NCBI GenBank assembly: GCA_949358305.1
Contig: OX442314.1
Span: forward strand, 20,398,001 to 20,462,000
Direction: 5' to 3'
DNA from: Strigamia acuminata
Taxonomy: Eukaryota
DNA length: 64,000 bases
How positions within the stretch are numbered: the first letter of the stretch is position 1; each line of letters opens with the position of its first letter. A program made the translations under genes and the position numbers. Below are positions 56,205-64,000 of this stretch, piece after piece. The notes below the pieces were generated by a model. The model did not search any database. It had not been told where the DNA came from and saw nothing but the letters and a program-made list of their open reading frames with translations.

Positions 56205-57138
56205 TTATTTAATTTTTCCTGATTCTTTAACATCTTCCTTTTCCATTTCTCGTTCCCCAGAATCATTTCCTTCCTCCTTCACCTTTTCTTTCTTCGCCCG
56301 TTCATTTATCGTTTGCATTTTGGACAACTCTTTAGCGATGTATTCTTTTTTCTTCGCTTCTTTTTTCGCCTTTCGCTCCTCTTTTTCCTTCTCCGCTAAC
56401 AATTCCTTAAATTTCTCGTCTTGCGGGTCCACAACATATCCAAAATGAGCTCGCACTTCTTCTAGAAGTTTTTCCCGTTTCTCTTTCTGAGCTTTTACGT
56501 CGTCTAATTTCTTCTGTTGCCTCATTTCCAAATCTTTGATCCACCCATCGAGTTTCTTCATTTTTTCGTCAATGTCCAAAACTCTAAAAAAAAAAATGTA
56601 TTATGTATATTTAAAAAATTAATAATACCACAAATTATCTTCTTTTTTTTAAATTTTTATACCGTGACCGTCTTCTTTCCGCCATTTGTTCTTTTTCTTT
56701 TTTAACATTGACCATCATTTCTTGTAAAGTTGGATAAAATTCCTTTTCCTTCGCTTTGATTTTTGCCAATTCCTCTTTACTTGGCCATAAAGAGCCTGGC
56801 TCGACCCCCGATTCAACTCCATACGTTCCAAAAAATTTTCCTTTGATGGACCTTTGCTTAAAAGGTGTCACCCACCATCCTTGGTAAGGTATAGAGTCTT
56901 TGTATTGCCGACTTTCTTTTCGCACTGCTTTATGCATGTTGGGGTTCATTCGTGAAACATTTCTTAACTTATTGATTTCAGTCTCTGAATTATCTTCTAA
57001 ATATTCAGTCTCATCACCTGTTTTAGATGAGCACAATCTCACTTCATTTCTAAAAGCATTTACCGTATTAAATCTGTTCAATGTCTTGATATTTACAATG
57101 TTTTTCAAGGCCATGCATCTCGACATGCCCGACGCCAT
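56205..57138 (-). CDS. GADD45GIP1: GADD45G-interacting protein 1 / CRIF1 (mitoribosomal mL64), two exons (56663-57138, 56205-56583)
   Basis: YGVESGVEPGSLWPSKEEL...FYPTLQEM and RAHFGYVVDPQDEKFKELL match CRIF1 family motifs. Basic, mitochondrial-type N-terminus. Confidence 0.88.
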
Positions 57139-57461
57139 GTTTAAACTTTTTTTTTAAAAAAAAAAATAAAATAAGAAGACTAAATAAATGAATACATTTA
57201 AATGTAAAATGTAATAACATTTATTATTAATTTTAAAATATAAAAATAATAATTTTATTTAAGTAGTAACTATTATCAAGAAATAAATGTTAAAAATAAA
57301 CTTAAAAATATATACTAATATTCTCGTTAGATGGCGATGGCCACTAACGGACTTCAACGCACCAACAATCGCAAATGCAAACAAATTGGCATGTCGCTAA
57401 GATTGCAATAATGAAATACTAAGTGCCTGCCTAATGTTGGAAGTGTCTGAACACGGCAGAA

Positions 57462-60308
57462 ATGACTGCACCGTATTGTTACTGTCAAAGTTCAGAAAGG
57501 GAACATTTTATGATCTATTGTCAAGATTGTCAAAATTACTTTCATCCAAGTAAGTTACATTTCGAAACATGCAACATACCATGTGTTTATTAATTTTTAC
57601 TCTTCCTAATTATTGCAGACTGTTTAAAATCAGGTTCTCCATCCCCACTGGTCGGCGACATATTTTTCCACTTCAGATGTAAAAATTGTGCTTCCGAAGA
57701 ACAATGTATTCGAATGAAATTACAATGGTAACGAAAATAACGAAAATAACTCATTAAAATAATTGATTAATTAATTGTATGTTTATTTATTTATTTCAGG
57801 GCACAAATCATAATTATAACTCTGTATAATCTCAAACTACAAGCAAATGGTAGAAAGGGTTATTACCGATACAAAGATGACATTTGCCCTTTTATAGACA
57901 AACATTGGAATCTTTTGTTTGGACCTACAAAGTAAACATTTCAAATAGGACATTTGTTTTGCAGATTGTAAATTGTGGTATTTTTAAAGGAAGAAGACAT
58001 CGACGTGGCATGGAACAGTGGCGGGAACACTTTCTGGCGGAGGACATTTACATTTTAAATCGGGGCTGCACGAATTGAAAGAACACGGTTGGTGGGCTTT
58101 GACTGACCCCAACAACTGTACTGTAATACAGGAGATCGGTAAAAGTACACAACTATTTTCCTAATTTTTTTTTTTTTTTTTTTTGGAAAATTTATTTATT
58201 AATATTTTATATTTTGACTAATTTAAAATTGCAGAAAGTTCAGGAAATTCACATAAATTTAGTCAACCTAGAAGGGAATCTCTGAGAATTAAAAGCGAAT
58301 CACCGGGTAAAAATCTACGAAGTCGCGTTAGTAAACCTCCGTTTCAAGCTGCTGTTGAACTTAAGGAAAAACGTTCGAGTTTTGTGGTAAATTTTTATTC
58401 GATAATTTTTTTTTTTTTAGAAAATTATTATTATTATTTTTTTAGCAAAATAAACGGGTCAAGAGATCAGCTGTTTCTGCTACTACCACGAGCACTGCGG
58501 TTTGTCAGGTTGAGGAGAATAAAGAAGGAAGTTTGTGGTTTTCCCCGACTAAAATTAAGAAGGAACCTTCCGAAGTTTCGTTTTCGGATTCTTCAACTTT
58601 TGATTGGGATCATCGAGATGAAAGTACGGATTCGTGGTTCACTGAAAAAGATTTAAAACCCAATGGTACATTTTTCTTCTGAAATTTAAGAAGATTTTAA
58701 AATTTTCTAAACAAATTTTATTTGCATTTCGTTTAGAAACATTACCTCAATTATTATTAAAAGATGACGAAGAGAATTTAGAGGATATTGAGATTGATTC
58801 CGGGTCCTCGACGCCGATTACGATGGCAAATTCACCTCAATTCGAAGATATTATGTCATTTGTTGATGGTAAAGATTTTTTTAAAAATATAAAAATAAAA
58901 ATATATAACATCAAATTCTCATTAATTTATAGATTCATCAGCACCGACTAAAACATCGGACTCGGCAGAAAGTAAAACAGTCGATAGTGTGAGCGATTCA
59001 GAAACCACAACTGACGTGCCTGAAATACGACAAGCGAAAAGGAAAAAAAACAATCCAGAAGACGAAATAAAACCAGAAGCAATAACAATTTGTCAGCCAT
59101 TAAATGTGTACGAGGAGAAATTGTTACTTAAAAAACTAGAATCTATGCCCGAAGCTGTCGCTCAATCAGTGCAAGCGAGACGATTGAGACGAAAACTGAT
59201 CGTTCGTCAGCAGCAGAGAGAATGGAACGTGCCCGTGTTCGATATCGATTCGATTTTAATTAAATCAGGGTTAATTAAGTTACCCATGTACATGAGACCG
59301 CAGAATTCATTTGTAACTACCAACTACGAAAGAATATTTAATTTATTTCTGTTTTATTTATTTGTATTTTTATTTTAAGGCGAAAGAAAACATGTTTGAT
59401 TCTGTTAACTACAATGGCGACTACAGAGTTCTCGACAGATATCAGCTTAAACGTTCTCAAGTGAAAAATCTATCTCAACAACGTCCACTTTTTCTCACCC
59501 GGTTAATCGGAAAAGATGAGAATCATTTAGAAGGCATTGTAAGCCCTTACACTGCCCGGTATAGCTCAATTTACAAGTCGTTTATTCTTAAACTAATTTG
59601 GTGACATTTTGAATAGCATTTTGAAACCTTACATATGGCGGGATTATCAAACAAATCCACCAAAACTCAAGCTTCTGCAGGAAATTCTAGCTTATCCTCA
59701 TCGGAAATGTCCTTCGTGGACCCCGCCGTCGAGGCCGCCGATTGATTACTCTTACGTTCGGCCCGATCACATTCCGTCGATAAATGCACTCTGCCGAGAG
59801 TTCTTTTGGCCAGGAATTGATCGTAAGTAACAGTTTAGAAACTACCGTAAACAATCTTGATTTAATTGAGTATTTATTTTTTGTTTAGTGTCCGAATGTT
59901 TGCAATACCCGGACTTCAGTTGCGTCGCTTTGTACAAATGGATGATAATTGGTTTTGCAATAATGGTGCCTGATGTGAAATGGAATGAAGCGTACATTTC
60001 ATTCGTTTTCACGCATCCGGATTGGCGCGGGGCCGGAATTGCAACTTTTATGATTTATCATTTATTACAGGTTAGAAATCGAGGTTTATTTGAAGTTTTT
60101 TTTATTTTTTTATATTTTCTTATTTATTTCACAGACGTGCATGGGCAAAGATGTGACATTACACGTTTCTGCCACCAACCCGGCCATGCTCCTATACCAG
60201 AAATTCGGTTTCAAAGTGGAAGAATACATTTTAGATTTCTACGATAAATATTATTCCGACGACTATAAAGAATGCAAACATGCATTTTTCTTACGGTTAC
60301 ACCACTGA
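57462..60308 (+). CDS. KAT14: Cysteine-rich protein 2-binding protein / ATAC2 histone acetyltransferase; multi-exon
   Basis: N-terminal PHD-like CYC...CQDCQNYFHPNC; LVGDIFFHFRCKNC...RMKLQW; RRLRRKLIVRQ; ISPYT/LKPYI-type region; GNAT FFWPGID|SECLQYPDFS...HPDWRGAGIATFMIYHL, TCMGKDVTLHVSATNPAMLLYQKFGFK, CKHAFFLRL. Confidence 0.93.
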
Positions 60309-60505
60309 TATTATTGTTACTCAGTGAATTGTAAATAAATAATAGTTAATCATTTTTTATTTAATTAATAATTAATTAATTAAAATAAGCTCGCTTACAT
60401 GAAAAAAGATTAGGGTGCCCACATAGTTCATTGAAATCATTAATTCGTGGGCAAATGATGCCAAACGAATTTTCCACCACTCTTGAAAAACAGGGTGTGA
60501 AATGT

Positions 60506-61222
60506 TCAGCGGCAGATAACTTTTGCGAATTCATCACACCTAAAAAAAAATTAATTAAATATATTATATTAATAACTTACCTGACATTCACTCCTAAAGA
60601 CACACTGGGTATTTCCACAGTCAGACATTTGCATCCTTCACAGCAATCACAGTTGATATTGTTTTCTTGCGTAGGCGTGCAATGTACAGTGCCGTCTCCG
60701 TGATGGGCGAATCAGCCAATCACTGCATTCCAATTTGAATTACATATACAAAGAGATGCCCTTCCTTTCAAATCCATTTTTGAACGTTAAGTGAATGTTA
60801 AGTTAGGTTAAGTTAGATATCTAACTGCAACTCTTGTCTGACAAAAAATTCATATTTGCTGCGAGCTTTATACAGAATTTTCTGTTGTGTCGTGCGCAAA
60901 ATAAATTTGCATCAACGTCAGAACACATGACATTCACTCCTAAAGACACACTGGGTATTTCTACGGTCAGACACTTGCACCCTTCACAGCAATCACAGCC
61001 GATATTGTTTTCTTGCGTAGGCGTGCAATGTATAGTGCCGTCTCCGTATTGGCAATAATCGCAGCTGTCCTTCCTTTCGTATCCATGTTTGCCTGATGAA
61101 CTGCCATTCTGTCTGACAACGAATTTAAACTTCCCGCGGCGCTTTATACACAATTTTCTTTGGTGTCGTGCGCTAAAGAAATTTGCACCAACGTCAGAAC
61201 ACATGATGGGCGAATCAGCCAA
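60506..61222 (-). pseudogene. Rearranged or duplicated small cysteine-rich protein gene fragments
   Basis: Two copies of HCTPTQENNxxCDCCEGCKCLTVEIPSVSLGVNV (~60583-60701 and ~60929-61047). The first copy has a GTAAGT donor and a downstream exon (RCDEFAKVICR*). No signal peptide is seen. Confidence 0.4.
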
Positions 61223-61255
61223 TCACTGCATTCCAATTTGAATTACATATACAAA

Positions 61256-61502
61256 TACCGTATTTTACTGAATAAGAGTCGCCCTCGAATTGTAGCCGCC
61301 CTAGAATAGTAGCCGCGGCCGAGATAGGCGACTTGATATAAGAGCCGCCCTCAAATAGTAGCCGCGGCAATAAACGTTCAATGAACGTAACAGTAAGGTA
61401 TTGGCCACTATTTAAAATAAGAGCCGCCCCCGAATTAAAGCCGCAGCTCATAGTGGCAGTTTTGAATAAGAGCCGCGGCTCTTATTTGGTAAAATACTGG
61501 CA
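61256..61502. mobile_element. Tc1/mariner(pogo)-type MITE with TAAGAGCCGC / TAGTAGCCGC internal repeats
   Basis: Ends TA-CCGTATTTTAC / GTAAAATAC(T)GG; several RAATAAGAGCCGC-like repeats and a terminal GAGCCGCGGCTC palindrome. Confidence 0.65.
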
Positions 61503-61525
61503 TGCAAATTATTTGTCGTATTTGC

Positions 61526-61777
61526 CGGGGCCGGAATTGCAACTTTTATGATTTATCATTTATTACAGGTTGAAAATCGAGGTTCATTTAAAATTTTTAT
61601 TTTTTTTTTAATCTTGTTATTTATTTCATAGACGAGCATGGACAAAGATGTGACATTACACGACGACTATAAAGAATGCAAACGTGCATTTTTCTTACGG
61701 TTACACCACTGATATTATTATTAATTTATTATGCAGTGAATTGTAAATAAATAACGGTTAATCATTTTTTATTTAAT
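61526..61777 (+). pseudogene. Duplicated 3' end of KAT14 (exon end, last intron, last exon with a ~93 nt deletion, 3' UTR)
   Basis: Near-identical to 60028-60365 (CGGGGCCGGAATTGCAACTTTTATGATTTATC...GGTTACACCACTGA). Confidence 0.85.
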
Positions 61778-61811
61778 CGTAGATTACAAATATTTGATAA
61801 AGATTACACTT

Positions 61812-63963
61812 TTAACGGAACTGCAAAGCGCTAATACGTAAACCGATACAATCTTTCCCAATTTCCGCAACGGTGCAAACCGTACAGACCTTCCCCTTAA
61901 ACTCCGGCATGTAGCTAGCCGAGCAGAGCGGACATTTCTCCTCAGCTTTTCCTCTATAAATCGGTTTATACGTAGCCGCGCAAATATTAAACGGGTTATG
62001 TTCGTCGTACGCCACCTGGTGCTCGTCCACGGGATTCTTGTCGCACAACTGCAAGATTTTTCTTGTTTGTTGTCCCACCTCAGGTTTCGGCCCCAACTCC
62101 AGCAGCCTTCTCGCAAAACTGGCCGCCGTCTTCAAATTCCTCAGCTTGAAAAACAAATTGAGCGCCGTTCTCAACGTCAAGATCTGATGGATCGGTTGCG
62201 TGTTACAATGCGTGAAATAAGCAGCCATCTCGCATATCCTCTTCTGCTCCTCCAGCGTATTCTTTGGCTGTTCCTTCCTCACTTGTTCCATCGTCAGCCC
62301 GACCACGTACTCCCTGCAGATGCCGAGCAGTTGCTGCGCCTCGGCAATCTCCTGCTTATTGTCGACGACCAAAAGCAAAATGCTCAACATCAGACTTCGA
62401 AACTTCTCCGTGGCTTCCAAGAACTTGCCGGAGGTTGTCAACTGGTAGCAAATCTGTAATCTTCGAATCATTTCCTTCAACTTCAAACCGACGGCCGGCA
62501 GCCCATTTTTAGCGGTCGCTTCCCTCCAATTTCTTAGCGGGTACCCGGACAGCGACGGCACCACAGGAAACGCGGTGTACGCGGTTCTACCTCGCGCGTA
62601 GGTGGACAAAAACAGTTGCTTGAATTTGGAAAAATCAACGACCCCCACTTGGTCGTGCAGCAACCGGAATGCGGATTCGAACGACCCTGCCAGCACGTGG
62701 TCCACGGCCAATTGCGAGTTGTTTGCCCACAACTGCGATGGACTCACGCCCCGTGTCGGTGGAATAAAATAAGCCTCGTCTCCGCCCGCCGCCGCTAGAC
62801 CGGCGTCTAAATCCGGCGGTAATTCCAAATCCTCGTCGCCGACGTCCCATCCACCGCCACCGCCGGCGGTGCCTCCATCCTCGGTTTTCGTTCCCAAGAC
62901 GTGCTCCTCGTCGTCGCCGCCTTCTCCGAATCCTCCTTCTTCGTCTAAAATCAAATCGGCGTCTTCTCCCCATCCTTCGGGTCCACCCGCGTCTTCAGCC
63001 GCGAGATCGGACGGGAAATTCTTGTTCGAAGCTCCCTCGAAGAATCCTTTGGAAACCGTGAGTAACGGCCAGTTGGATTCGAACTGCATGATCGGTGGAG
63101 ATGGTTGAAGAAGAATAGCGTTTGGATCTACTTCCGGGAGTTGGTCCTTTTCGGGATCGAAGGACGACTTGAGGGTTTCGGCTTCTTCAGTCAAACCGTG
63201 CGTTGCAGCTGTTAGATACGCGAGGGATTTTTGACCGCAGTTCTGTTTATAAAAAAATAAAATTTATAATAAATTAAATTAAATTAAATTAAATAAATAA
63301 GTTAAGAAAATACCTTGAGAATTTTAACTCGTTCGGCAACATCTCCCAAAAACAATGCGTTTTGATATTGACCGCTCGTGTCCTTGCGTATTTCCGCTAT
63401 TTTCATCATTTTACGCAACTTGTCCAAATTTCCAGTTATTAAGTAAAGAAACGACAATTTATCGAAATTCTTGGTGCGTTGGTACGCCATTTCGACAACT
63501 TGATGGTTCCCTTGAAGCAAAGCTGTTTCGCCCAGTCGTTCCCAACACGCCTTGTCGTCCAATGCTCTTGCCGCTTCTAGAGCAACCTATTTTTAAGTTT
63601 ACAAAATTAAAAATTATATATCGATTTATTAAACACTCTTATAATTATTTACTTCGATGTTCCCGCATTCCAAAGCCAATCCGAATCTGGTTTTCTCGTC
63701 TTTAACAAAATGTAAAGCCACTTCCGGATAGCCCTTCTTCTGGAGATAGGCAATTATAGCTTGTCCAACGAGTTTCGCGTTGCGTACCATGTGCAACACT
63801 TCGTCGTACTTCCGATTGATCAAAGCCAATTTAAATTTGAATTCGGTAGGATCGATGCCAAATACTCTAGGACGAGCTTCGCGGTCCAAACAGTAAATAC
63901 TGGAACCCTTTACACGAGTGATGTAAATTGGTAAATCCAAAGTGCGAATTATCCCGTAATCGC
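61812..63963 (-). CDS. COPA: Coatomer subunit alpha, C-terminal exons (5' part beyond the window end)
   Basis: [11 protein letters not shown]...[80 protein letters not shown]...CTVC...IGLRIS. Exons ~63653-63963, ~63314-63585 and 61812-~63242. Confidence 0.97.
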
Positions 63964-64000
63964 TACAAATAAAAAGAAAAATCTGTATAAAGATTCGATT

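Noticed and set aside
61256..61502. CRISPR-like repeat-spacer array
   Set aside because: Eukaryotic context, degenerate and irregular repeats, TIRs present and no cas genes; it is a MITE.

Overview
AT-rich invertebrate (animal) genomic DNA with GT-AG introns. It is probably a non-insect arthropod, inferred from the grappa-type DOT1L C-terminal motifs together with a true ADAR1, which insects lack. Gene order: DOT1L (-, 3' end runs off the window), ADAR1 (-, 11 coding exons, about 1043 aa, with four Z-alpha domains, one dsRBD and a deaminase domain), MAP3K1/MEKK1 (-), GADD45GIP1/CRIF1 (-), KAT14/CSRP2BP (+), a rearranged Cys-rich gene remnant next to a duplicated KAT14 3' end, and COPA (-, 5' end off the window). 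The large ADAR1 introns carry an intact IR/DR Tc1 transposon and several MITEs. The most striking unexplained signal is in the long non-coding stretches. About 30 kb of ADAR1 introns, the DOT1L-ADAR1 intergenic region and the longer DOT1L and MAP3K1 introns are tiled by non-repetitive, nested, multi-branch stem-loop domains of about 150-500 nt joined by A-rich linkers. By eye, the non-Watson-Crick pairs are mostly G-U on the + strand, antisense to ADAR1; the same positions are A-C mismatches in the ADAR1 pre-mRNA. All folding was done by eye and needs computational confirmation.
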